Shown: positions 29,560 through 43,065 of the stretch, piece by piece
Layout: every line of letters starts with the position of its first letter
Position numbering within the stretch: the stretch's first letter is position 1
DNA from: Octopus vulgaris
Lineage: Eukaryota
Direction: 5' to 3'
DNA length: 64,000 nt
NCBI GenBank assembly: GCA_951406725.2
Contig: OX597819.1
Span: 36,208,001 to 36,272,000, forward strand
The notes under the pieces: model-generated
The model's input: only the letters and a program-made list of their open reading frames with translations
Told to the model about the DNA's origin: nothing
Databases searched by the model: none
Position numbers and translations under genes: made by a program

Positions 29560-30285
29560 GTATCAAAAGGGTTAATCGTTATTCATAACCTATGGAAACA
29601 AGGAAACTACTAGTTACTGCTTTCTGTTTTAACCTTGATTGTTTTTTTTTCATGTATTTCTTTAATAAATATATATATATATATATATATATTTTAATCC
29701 AAACGGGAAACAAAAAAACAACAACAAGGGAACAATTACAGTATTATTATTAATAGGCGCTCAGGAAATGGAAGCAGGGAGGTATGACGTTTCGAGCGGA
29801 GCTCTTCGTCGGAAACATAAAGAAGGAAGAGAGAGGAAAGAAAGATCCCGGAGCGGGCAACGGAGATAGAGAAAAAACGGTGGTGTTAGCAATACAAAAT
29901 TGTATTGAGATCGCTAGTGACAACAACACCCAAAATATATAACAGATTGGAATTGTAGTGCTCCAAATGAGCTATATTCCACTTATTAATCTGAGGGGAG
30001 GCAATGTGAGCAGCAACTGAAGGAACATTACAAAATCCACAGAAAGATCAAACACATACATATATTCATTTATATCTACAGAACAGATATAAAGTCCGAC
30101 GTTTAAAAATATAATAATAAATAATATTTATTTAGTTACATACTATTATATTTTAAACGTCGGACTTTATATCTGTTCTGTAGATATAAATGAATATATG
30201 AATATCTGTATGTGTTTGATCTTTCTGTGGATTTTGTAATGTTCCTTAGTTGCTGCTCACATTGCCTCCCCTCGGATTAACAAGT

Positions 30286-30323
<38 letters not shown>

Positions 30324-30495
30324 TAATGCAATACAAAGTATTGCCTTCCAGTAAAACGGTTTTTTTTCTCTATTTTGTTGCACACACGCATTTTTGCTAA
30401 TACATACGCGGTGAAGCTACACATTAGCGTCGTATTTTTACGTTCGCTATTTCCAGTAAATATCGGTACTTAGTTGTGCCATTTATTTACTAATT

Positions 30496-30541
<46 letters not shown>

Positions 30542-31103
30542 AATGTGTCTCTGCTTGCGATGACCTGTTGAGGCAAGTGAAATCAATCAAATCAAAATCA
30601 AAATCAAATTCGATGACTGGTGTCCGTGCTAGTAGGTCGCAAAGAGCACCATACGAGCATGATCATTGACAGAGCGGCTAACCGGCTTCCGTGCCAGTGG
30701 CACTTAAAAGGCACCATTCGAGCGTGATCGTTACCAGCATCACCTTACTGGCACTTGTGCCCATGCCAGTAGGGTGCCAAGAGCACCATCTGAGTGTGAT
30801 CGTTGCCAGAGCAGCCAACCGGCTTCCATGCCAGTGGCACGTAAAAGGGCACCTGTGCTGGTGGCATGTATAAAAAGATTCAAGTGAGGTCATTGCCAGT
30901 ACCGCCTGACTGGCCCCCATGCCGAGGCACGTAAAAAGCAGCCATTACACTCTTGGAGTGGTTGGCGTTAGGAAGGGCATCCAGCTGTAGAAACTCTGCC
31001 AAATCAAGATTGGAGCCTGGTGCAGCCATCTGGTTTGCCAGCCCTCAGTCAAAATCGTCCAACCTATGCTAGCATGGAAAGCGGATGTTAAACGATGATG
31101 ATT

Positions 31104-31135
<32 letters not shown>

Positions 31136-33280
31136 ATATGTATACAATGGTCTTATCTTATCTTCCCATTTCCATTTACCAAATCCACTCATAAGGCTTT
31201 GGTTGGCCTGGGGCTATAGTAGAAGACACTTGCCTATAATGCCATACTGTGGGATTGAACCGGCAACAAAGTGGTTGGGAAGCAAACTTCTTACCACGTA
31301 GCAATGCTTGAGGAGAGATATTGTATGGCAATGAAAAGTATTTGTAAAATCTCCAGAAAATTTGTAAAACCTTTGAATAAAAATTATATACTTAATGGCC
31401 ATGCAATTATATACTTAATGAGTATATGAAAGTATATACTTAATTTGCATATGAAAAGTAGGATGAATAAAATGTATTTAACAGACTCTTCTACTGTTTC
31501 ACCTACTCTTCATTCTTTAAATACAAAAAGAATAAGAATACCTCAAATTGGCTGACAGATTACACATAGCTTCCTTGGAAATTTCAGACGACTGAACAGA
31601 ATTATGATTGTACTGAAGTTCCCTATGTTTTCGGAATTGTTCTGAAGACAATGAAGGAAATGGAAGAGGACCATACTGTTCCTCTTTTGTTAACCATTCT
31701 GGTTCATTGCAGTGACTTTGAGGCAAACTGGAATTTCTGAAATGAAATGAAATAGACAAATAAACTTCAAATGATTTTGGTGAGGTAACATTGCTTTTGA
31801 TTTAAACAAGGAATACTTGTCATCAACAAGAATTCTCAGCAGTTTCTGTTTTAGTTTGGTACTATTTCACAGCATGCTGGCCTGTCGGATGGTGGGTCTG
31901 TTGTTCCTATTCTGTCACTAATAACAAAAAATCCCCTTTTATTTTTAAGGATATAGTTTACTTAGTTAATGGTAGGAGCTATAAGAATATGGAAATTGTT
32001 GCTGTTTAGCCCAGTGACAGCATTGAGAGGGAAAATTTATTTTTAGAGACATTCCAGCCATGACCATCTCATCTTTATTCATCAATGTAGCCAGGAGTGT
32101 ATTATTGCATATGTCTAACTGTCCAGGAGAGTTGTAATGCAGAGAGTAATACAGAATGTAGGAGCAGAAGGGTATCCAGGAGTTATGACACTGATGGAGT
32201 CTGTCATCCCTTAGAGTGTATGGAATTAAGGGCTGGAACACTTATATGAATTGGACTTCTCTGCAGATCTGCTGTTGCTCAACTCTCCCTAGAGTTTCTT
32301 ACTACCTGTCCTTTCTTTGTTAAGATGGTGCATGAAATGAGGGAAATTTGGCTGCTATATCTAGTAGATTGAATGGCCACACAGGAAACTCTGTTATTGG
32401 CTCTTGAATACGGGATATACCAGTTATTGCTGAAGGATGCAGATCTACTTTATAACTGACACTTATATTGTTATCTTGAAGTACTGAGTTCAAATCCTTA
32501 TCTGAGCCAAGATAAAGCAACAAGGAATCATTCAAGAATATATTTACTTGAAATAAGTAGGGTTCATTGATATGTATCTCCTATTAATTAAATGCAAATA
32601 TTGATTCTATAGGTCTTATTTACATCCTGCTCATCATCATCATCGTTATCATTTAACAACCTGACATGAGTCAGATGGTTTGACAGGACCCAGTGGGTCC
32701 GAAGACAACCTCATGCTCCAGTGTCTGGTTTGGCATTGTTTGTATGGTTGGATGCCCTTTCTTACTCTAGCCACTTGACTGCAATAACTAGTGCTTTTCA
32801 CCTGCCACCGGCACTAGTGAGGTCACCATGTGGCTCACAAGACTACAAGAATCAAGGTAGGGGCGGGCAGCTTTATGTAAGGAGACGAGACATTAAAGAA
32901 TGAAAGATGGGGTGAGGGTGAGCAGATTCTTGTTGCAGAGGAGCTACGTGACTACTCACAGTTAGAAGAGAAAGGCGAGAAGAATCAGGCAGGAGCTACA
33001 AGTCCAGGCTGCTCCTCAAGTATGTGTGTGTGCATGCACGTGCATGTGTGTGTGAGAGTGTGTGTGTATATGTGTGTGTGTATATAGACGCATACATATA
33101 TGTAGATTTCATTAAAAAGAGATGATGATTGAAGCGAAGTAACCAGTTGATTTAACAAGTGAGGTCTCAACTTAGTGAAGGGGGTTGATGCATTTTCTCC
33201 TGATGAATCCTAGTGACCTAATGAGCTTTCAACTCACAGCACTTGCATCTACAGGTTGTTTGCAAATAATAATAATAATA

Positions 33281-33328
<48 letters not shown>

Positions 33329-33542
33329 GTTTCAAATTTTGTCACAAGGGCAGCCATTTTGGAGAAGGGGATGAGTCGATTACATCAACCCCAGTGTTTC
33401 ACTTGTATATAATTTATCGACCCTGAAAGGATGAAAGGCAAAATCAACCTTGGTGGAATTTGAACTCAGAACATGAAGACAGACAAAATACCATCAAGCA
33501 TTTTGTCCGGCTTGGTAACAATTCTGTCAGCTCACAGCATTC

Positions 33543-33600
<58 letters not shown>

Positions 33601-36600
33601 CAGAACAGCCCTTCAAAATAAGCACGAAATATACAAACACTTTTTATTGCAATAACACAAACGCAGGAGTGGCTGTGTGGTAAGTAGCTTGTCTACCAGC
33701 CACATGGTTCCGGGTTCAGTCCCACTGCGTGGCACCTTGGGCAAGTGTCTTCTACTATAGCCCCGGGCCGACCAAAGCCTTGTGAGTGGATTTGGTAGAC
33801 GGAAACTGAAAGAAGCCCGTCGTATATATGTATATATATATATATGTATGTGTGTGTGTTTGTGTGTCTGTGTTTGTCCCCCTAGCATTGCTTGACAACC
33901 GATGCTGGTGTGTTTATGTCCCCGTTACTTAGCGGTTCGGCAAAAGAGACCGATAGAATAAGTACTGGGCTTACAAAAAGAATAAGTTCCGGGGTCGAGT
34001 TGCTCGATTAAAAGGCGGTGCTCCAGCATGGCCGCAGTCAAATGACTGAAACAAGTAAAAGAGGACATGGAAAAAATAATGATGCTAAGTTTCTCTCTGG
34101 TCGAACACAGCTTCTCTATTCACAAATAATACAGAACAGCCCTTCAAAATAAGTTAAGAAAATTTACAAATTTACATGTCTACAGTTTTCAATCATACAT
34201 TCGACCAGCTTTAAAAACTTTGATACCCACAATTGCCTCTGTAAACATCCTTTTTTTTTTTTCTTCTCTCTAAAAACATCACGCTTCTCTTTTTGTGGAC
34301 TTACAAAACCCTAAAACTTTCTATGAAAATCTGACTTTTCTTTGCTTCCTCCCTGAATATTCAAATATAAATGTAAACATATACTTTTTATTGTAAAAAC
34401 ACCTGTTCTTCTAACTGGACATACAAACATCTCTAGAAAAGTCAACTTCAACCTCCACAATATTACCTTACAGGAAATATACAAACACTTTTTATTGCAA
34501 TAACACAAACGCACATGGAAAACAAAAGAAAAAAATGATGATGCTAAGATTCTCTCTGGTCCAACACAACTTCTCTATTCACAAACAATACAGAACAGCC
34601 CTTCCTTAATTTTTCTTAAGCCTAATAGTAGTAAACATCTGAACTTTTTTTGACCAATAGGACCCCACCTAAAAAAATAAAAAAAACAAAAAAAAACAAC
34701 ATATCACTGATGGTGATGATGATAATAATGATAGTAATAGTGCTGATAATCTATCTATCTATCTACACACACACACACTCAAAGAGTTCAACCAACACAA
34801 AGAAAGTATTATTTGACAGGCAAGAACTCTGGTGTTGAAGACAGTCAGCCAGCCAACGAGACAGACAGACACTACTGTGATGGCGATAATGAAAAAAAAA
34901 CAAAAATAACAATAATAAGATACTGCTGTGACTACACATAAAACAATATCATTGATGATGATGGTGGTGATGGTGATGGTGATGATGATAATGATGATGG
35001 TAATGGTGGTGATAATGATGATAGTGATAATAATGGTGATGATAATAACAATAATAAGCCGACTACGGCTGCTATAATGGTACGATTATAATTGTAACGG
35101 CAATGATGGCCGTCTCCCCACGAGCCAATCAAAGCTAAAAAATGATAACATTATCGTAGCACCAAAATGTTTTTGGAAACTAAAAGGAAAACTAAATCAA
35201 TATACCAAATCGCTTGTCCTATGGTTAATCTGGAAGCGCGTCCCCCAGGGAAGAGCCAGCCTGGGATCGAAAAGTCATCAACTGGCACAAACTCTTCTCC
35301 GAATACGGACATGGATGGTCACTTGAACGGGAAATCCCCCAACTCGAGCCCTCCAAGTTCACCACCACAACCACCACAGAAAGAAAAATGTAAGCGGAAC
35401 AAATGGACCCGAGAAGAGTATAAAGAAGTAATATACACTTATTACTATGCATTAGGTAGGCCATCTCAAGAGAGACACACCGCAAACTCTTACAGTATAT
35501 GGAGAACACGGAATCAAGACAGTAGGCCATATTTGGACGAGAACAAATTAGCAAATGTGAGGAGGGATATCCTTAGAAATAACAGACTCACAGACAGTGA
35601 AATAAGTGCGATCAAGCACGCAACGGAAAATGACATAAATATAAGACACAAAGGAAATGAAGAATCAGATGAACAGTATAGCCCACCACGAGGCTTAATT
35701 GAAAGACTGCCATCTGACCAAAGTACGCAAAGGCCCGAAGATACAAGAAATTCTATTGTACCTGTTAAAGATAGCCAAGAAAACGAAAAAACAACAGTAA
35801 CTGAAGATCTCGCATTTGCTGAAGAACACAGAGAGTCTATGGCAGAAATGAGGCAGAAAATCCTGAATACGCTTGAAGTTGTAAGACATACAAGTATGAA
35901 TGATAGAGAACCACTTCATAAACTCTCAAATACAAACCAAAATAAAAAACAAATCCAAATTGGCAACTATGTAACAAATGAAATAATACGAGAATTAAAA
36001 CCTGATTTTACTGAGTTAAATGAAATTATTTACGCTTCTGCTAGGGCAATTGAAACCAGCTGTATGCCCCCGAAAAAACAAAGAAAACAAAACCTGGGAA
36101 GAAATCAAACCTGGAGAAGTAAAATTGAAAAAGAGATTGAATTTATGAGAGGGGAAATATCAATATTAAATGAACTAATATGTGGAAATGATGTAAGATC
36201 CAGAACAGGAAGAAAGATGAAGAGAAAATTTGGATCCTCACCAAGAGAAGAACTGATATCAATAAAAGAAACGCTGAAACAAAAAGTCCAAGCAAAAGCC
36301 CAAAGAATACGAAGATTTGAGAAGAGAAACAAGTTTTACAAGCAAAATAAGCTGTTCACATCCAATGCCAAAAAATTCTACAGAGAAATAGGGAAGGAGA
36401 AAGTAACCGTTAAAGACCCCCTCCCATGGAAGAAGTTCAAAACTTTTGGAAAAGGATTTGGAGTGACAAGAAGACGTACAACATAAATGCAGACTGGATT
36501 ATACAAACTGAAGGATCCTACCAAAATTTACAACAACAAGCATGGGAAGACATCACAATAGCAGACCTAAGAAAGGCACTCACGAAGGCCCATAATTGGA

Positions 36601-38579
36601 AATCCCCCGGTAAAGATAGGGTGCCGAATTTCTGGCTCGCATCGCTCCCATGCGCACACGGTAAGCTAGTTCAGCTGCTCAATGGAATTATGAGAGACCC
36701 AAAGAAAACACCTGAATGGTTAGCAAGTGGCATTACTTACCTACTCCCAAAGAATAACGAAACCAACCTTCCAAAAAACTATCGGCCTATAACCTGTCTA
36801 TCCACCACGTATAAAATCCTAACATCTATCCTGGCGGAGAAAAACATGCATTCATGGAGAAGAACGATATTTTCCCCATTGAACAAAAAGGGTGCCGCCG
36901 AGGCTCTTACGGATGCAAAGATCAACTGCTAATCAATCGTATGATCCTTGAGAACTGTCACAACAACTGCAGAAATCTCAGCACCGCATGGATTGACTAC
37001 AAAAAGGCCTTCGACAGTATACCGCATCCATGGATCTTGAGATCGCTGGACATCTTCAAAATTTCCCCCGTGATTTCAAACTTCCTGAAGCACAATATGT
37101 CGTTGTGGAATATGAATCTCCAATTATACCACTCTAATGGAGTACTTGCCTCAGAAAATATAAACATCAACTGTGGAATTTTTCAAGGTGACTCACTTTC
37201 ACCTTTAATATTCTGCATAGCCCTAATACCCCTTACAAGTGAATTAAACAGAACAGGGTATGGGCATAAAATTGCAAATAAAAAAATAAGCCATCTATTT
37301 TATATGGATGACTTAAAACTTTATGGTAAAGACAATAATGAACTTGAAGGCCTATTGCGCACCGTGAAAGCATTCAGCGATGACATCGGGATGGAGTTTG
37401 GACTTGAGAAGTGTGCCAAGGCCACTTTCCAGAAAGGGAAAGTGAAGACCACAAATTCAGTCGTGTTAGATGTTGACACAGTCATAAGAGAGCTTGAGCA
37501 AGAACAAACATACAAATATTTAGGGATAAATGAAGGCTCTGGTATTCAGCATGCAAGCATGAAAGAGAAAATCAGGAAGGAATGTTATAGGAGAGTTCGT
37601 GCAGTCCTGAAATCTGAACTAAATGCACGTAACAAGGTGTTAGCTATAAATTCCTTAGCAGTTCCAATTGTTACTTATAGCTACAATGTGTTGAACTGGA
37701 ATATGAGTGAAGTAAAGAATATAGATAGAAAAATACGCAAGCTGCTGAGTTGTAATAGGATGCACCACCCAAAGGCAGACGTAGATCGCCTTTACCTTCC
37801 CAGAGCCCAAGGAGGTCGAGGCCTGATCCAATTTGAACTAGCTTACAAAACAACCACAATTGGACTGGCCAAATATCTCGAAATATCGAATGACTGGATG
37901 CTAAAGCTCGTGAAAAATCACGAGAGACGAAAGACCTACTCATTGAAATTGAGAAAATGTGGCATCTCAAGGCGGTTACAATACCAGTGATCGTAGGAGC
38001 ACTAGGAATGATCAAGAAGGGAACCGAAAATTATATGAGAATGATCCCTGGCTTACCATCCCTGCAAGAAGTGCAAAAGATTGTCTTAACTGGTACATCA
38101 CACGTATTGAGAAGAGCATTGTCGATGTGAGAACTGTTGCTGCTCATGTATTTTAATTTAACTTTAAAAATAAAAAATAAAAAAATAATAATGAACAAAC
38201 TACTGAGTTTCGTTTAATGGCCTACCAATGTATACTATGAGTTTCTTTGCCCTAGGAGTCGGGAAGACACTTGGCAAGAAATGGAAGCAAATTTGAAAGA
38301 AGAAAAAAAAAAGTAATAATAATAATAATAATAGATGGCATGCACTGCTCTCTCACTCAATAATAATAACAATGATTTCATGTAGTTGCCACAAGGGTGA
38401 ACCATGTCAAAGAGACCAATATTCTGGCATCAAAAACTGCAAATACCAAACTCCTTAGAAAGTATTCAGACGGTAGCAATATGTGGAACAGCTCATGTTT
38501 TGAGGAGTGATGCACCTCTAAGCTGCTGGATGTAGCTGAGATGTGACAAAGACAGAGATAAATCACTTAAGTAAATCAA

Positions 38580-38651
<72 letters not shown>

Positions 38652-38906
38652 ACTACTACTACTACTACTACTACTAATAATAATAATAATCCTTTCTACT
38701 GGAAGCACAAGGCCTGAGATTTGGAGGAAAGGTTTAAATCGATTACACTGACCCCAGTGCATAACTGGTACTAATTTTATTGACCCTGAAAGTATGAAAG
38801 GCAACGTCAACCTAGGCGGAATTTGAACTCAGAACATAGTGGCAGACGAAGTACTGCTAAGCATTTTGTCTGGTGTGCTAACAGTTCTGCCAACTCACTG
38901 CCTTAC

Positions 38907-38945
<39 letters not shown>

Positions 38946-41900
38946 GATAATAATGATAATAATAATAATAAATGATAATAATAATAATAATAATAATAAT
39001 AATATTAATAATAATAATAATAATAATGATAATAATAATAATAATAATAATAATGATAATAAAAATAATAATAATAATAATAATAATGTGTGTATGTGCG
39101 TATTTGTATCATCATCATCATCATCATCGTTTAACGTTCGTTCTCCATGCTAGCATGGGTTGGACTGTTCAACCGGGGATCTAGGAAGCCAGGAGGCTGC
39201 ACCAGGCTCCAGTCTGATCTGGCAGTGTTTCTGCAGCTGGATGCCCTTCCTAACGCTAACCACTCCATGAGTGTAGTGGGTGCTTTTTACGTGCCACCGG
39301 CACAGGTGCCAGGCGAGGCTGGCAACGTCCATGATCGGATTGGTGCATTTTACATGCCACCGGCACGAAAGCCAGTCAAGGCAGTGCTGGCAAAATAATT
39401 CTGGGGCTGAAACTGAAAATACATATTCTACCATAAGGTTGAGATCATTTGTTATTGTTGGCAACAGCAATAATGTTCTTGAAGTGCTAAATTGAACTCC
39501 TCTTGTGCTAACAGCTAAATGAGAAATTTGATTCTATTAATCTCTGATCCATTGATGGATATCTCTGTTCCTGATTACTTAAGTAATTAATCTTGATTAT
39601 CCAGTAGCAGACAGATCAACTAAGTATGTGAGAAGTGTCTTAATTGCACAGGATAAATATGATATAGACACTGAAAAAACAATGTATAAAGTTACCCCTT
39701 GCTTCTTAGTTGAAGTAAGAGAGAAAAAGATTTTGTTTATAATGAAATGAATATATTATATTTCTGAGTAATTTATATCCAGATAAAACATGAGGGAAAA
39801 TAGAGAACGCAAAACAGAAACTGTAAACAAGTGTATAAAATTAATGTAATTGCAATATGAAGGAAAAGGAGGAAAATTATCAATATATCAGAGAGCTGTC
39901 TGTCATCAAGTCAGAAAGGAGAAAGGAAAGAAAAAAATGGACGTAAAAAACCACAGTGTTATGTAATATATAACATAACATTGTGCTTGAATGGCAGACA
40001 GGAAGTAACAAGCAAAGAAGTTGTTTTTGACTGCAAGATTTATTTTATAAATTTCTTTACTACCCACAAGGGGCAAAACACAGAGAGGACAAACAAGGGC
40101 AGACAAACGGATTACATCGATTATATTAACCCCAGTGCGTAAATGGTACTTATATAATCGACCCCGAAAGGATGAAAGGCAAAGTCGACCTTGGCCTTTC
40201 ATCCTTTCGGGATCGATTAAATAAGTACCAGTTATGCACTGGGGTCGAAACTATACATAAACTAAAATTGTATGGTTTGTATGGTTGTGTGGTAAGAGGT
40301 TTATTTCTCAACTGTATGGTTCTGGGTTCAGTCCACCATGTGGTACCTTGGGAAAGTGTCTTTATCTATAGCTTGTGGCCAACCAAAAACTTCTGAGGGG
40401 ATTTGGTAGATGAAAATTGAAAGAAGACTGTCATATATATATGTGTGTGTATGTTTGTGTTTCCTTGTCTTGACATTGCATGATAGCTGTAAATGAGTGC
40501 CACTGTCATACTAGCAGTGTCAGTCATTTCCAATATTCTGCAAGAACATGTATGGCCATGGGAAAATATTGTCTTGTTTGAAAACTGTTGTGACGCCATC
40601 TTGGAAATCTCTAGCACACATGCGCAGGGTTGGAATTTTCCGGAAGGCCTGCCGGAAGTTCCCTCATGCGCATGTGCAGAAAATTAGCAGCAGCGAAATT
40701 GTCTTGTATCTCAGTCTTTTTGATGCCAGCAGCTGAACAAGACAGACATGTCAGCATCAGCTCTCTCAAGCTGCTACCTCGTGGCACATCTCCACTATGC
40801 TTGAACGGGCAGGATTGACTCACTCCACTATACTACTGCCGATAAGCTCCTAGGTTGCCGATTCACCCAGAGGAAGGAAATATTTATATTGTGAATCAAA
40901 GAACAAATATTTATACTGTTGAAGTTAACGGAAAATCTTGACCCTTTCTTCAATTGATATTTAATGTAAAGGCTGCGAGCAGCTCCCATCCAGTGTGGGA
41001 ATCTCTCATCCTGTTACAAAACAAATGAAGGCTGGATGCAGGAAGGGCATCAGACTGTAGAAAATTTGACTCAAATTAACTTTGTCCAACTCATGCAAGC
41101 TTGGAAAAGTGAACATTAAATAAGATTATAATGATGAATAGAATAGATTCTTTTACAAAAGCATCGCTTATTAAAACTTTAGTATTTAGAGTTCAGGAAG
41201 TAAATCTTAATATTTTCCTTCATATTCAACTTTGTTATATATAAAATGATGGGTTTGATTATTTTGAGGATTTCCAACATCAGAAATAAGTTCTGTAGAG
41301 CTAAATGCTTGAGATTAAGAAAATATTAGAAATTACTATTTTGCTCTTTTACTTGTTTCAGTCATTTGACTGCGGCCATGCTGGTGCACTGCCTTTAGTC
41401 GAGCAAATCGACTCCAGGACTTATTCTTTGTAAACCTAGTACTTATTCTATCAGTCTCTTTTGCCGAATCGCTAAGTTACGGGGATGTAAACACACCAGC
41501 ATTGGTTGTCAAGCAATGTTGTGGGGACAAACACTGACATATACACGCACACATATATACGTACATACATATATATACATACGACGGGCTTCTTTCAGTT
41601 CCCGTCTACCAAATTCACTCACAAGGCTTTGGTCGGCCTGAGGCTATAGTAGAAGACACTTGCCCAAGGTGCCATGCAGTGGGACTGAACCTGGAACCAT
41701 GTGCTTGGTAAGCAAGCTACTTACCACACAGCCACTCCTGTTAATTTGAGTTAATTTGAGTCAAATTAGTTAACTTTCTTTGGGTAGATATTTTTCTCTA
41801 CACAACTTCATTTACTTCATTTTCACAGTAATGTAGTGCAGCTGTTTGCACATAATGATATGATCTTAAAGTTTGAATAAGTTTGTATGCTTTGGAAAGA

Positions 41901-42632
41901 AGATATTTATGATGTTTTAAATGAAGGCCATCATCTGTGCAAGGCAGTTTGAGTAGTTAGCTTCAAACAGGATTCTCTTTGCACAACTTATTCAAATTTA
42001 TGAACTTCCTCAGATAATTTCTACTGAAGAAGACCACCACTGCTTTCCAACCACATGGTTCTTGATTCAGTCCCACTGTGCAGTATCTCGGGCAAGTGTT
42101 TTCTGCTATAGCCTTGGGTAGACTTAAAACTTTGTGGGTAGATTTGGCAGATGGAAACTTAAAGAAGCTTATCATATATACATAAACAACGGACATTAAA
42201 TAATGATGATGATGATGATGATGATGATATATATATATATATCATCATCATCATCATCATCATCATCGTTTAACGTCCGTTCTCCATGCTAGCATGGGTT
42301 GGACGGTTCGACCGGGGATCTGGGAAGCCAGAAGGCTGCACCAGGCTCCAGTCTTATCTGGTAATGTTTCTACAGCTGGATGCTGTTCCTAACGCCAACC
42401 ACTCCGTGAGTGTAGTGGGTGCTTTTTACATGCCACCTGCACAGGTGCCAGGCGAGGCTGGCAATGGCCACAGTCGGATTGGTGTATTTTACGTGCCACC
42501 GGCACGAAAGCCAGTCAGGGCGGCGCTGGCATTGGCCACGAGTCGGATAGTGCTTTCTACATACCACCAGACCAGGGGTCCTGGCTGGTTCAATTCGATT
42601 TCGATTTCGATTTCGCTTGCCCCAACATGTCT

Positions 42633-42685
<53 letters not shown>

Positions 42686-43016
42686 ATATATGTATATGAG
42701 ACCCCCTTCAGTCATAACACTGACCATGGGATTGCACCTAGAAAGTTACCCTCCAGGCAAGGTTGTTTATGGAAGACCATCAGTCGCCCATGCAACTGGC
42801 CTCCCCTCTTCATGCAACTGGTGTTATCCAAGGGAAAGGCAAGGGCCGATACAGCTTGGAACCTGTGACATCGCAACTCATTTCTACAGCTGAGTGAACT
42901 GGAGCAACATGAAATGAAGTGTCTTGCTCAAGAACACAACACACAGCCCAGTCTGGGATTCAAGCTCACAACCTCACAATTGTAAGCTCAACGCTCTAAC
43001 CACTGAGCCATGCACC

Positions 43017-43065
<49 letters not shown>

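Noticed and set aside
35058-35165. Possible HDV-like ribozyme at the 5' end of the R4/Dong element (cgt-ctcccc-acg)
   Set aside because: I could not build P1, P1.1 and P2 pairings by eye; it needs a descriptor search.
38440-38535. Acceptor-like site with an open stretch on the minus strand (similar one at 39430-39515)
   Set aside because: Stop codons in the phase required by the flanking exons.
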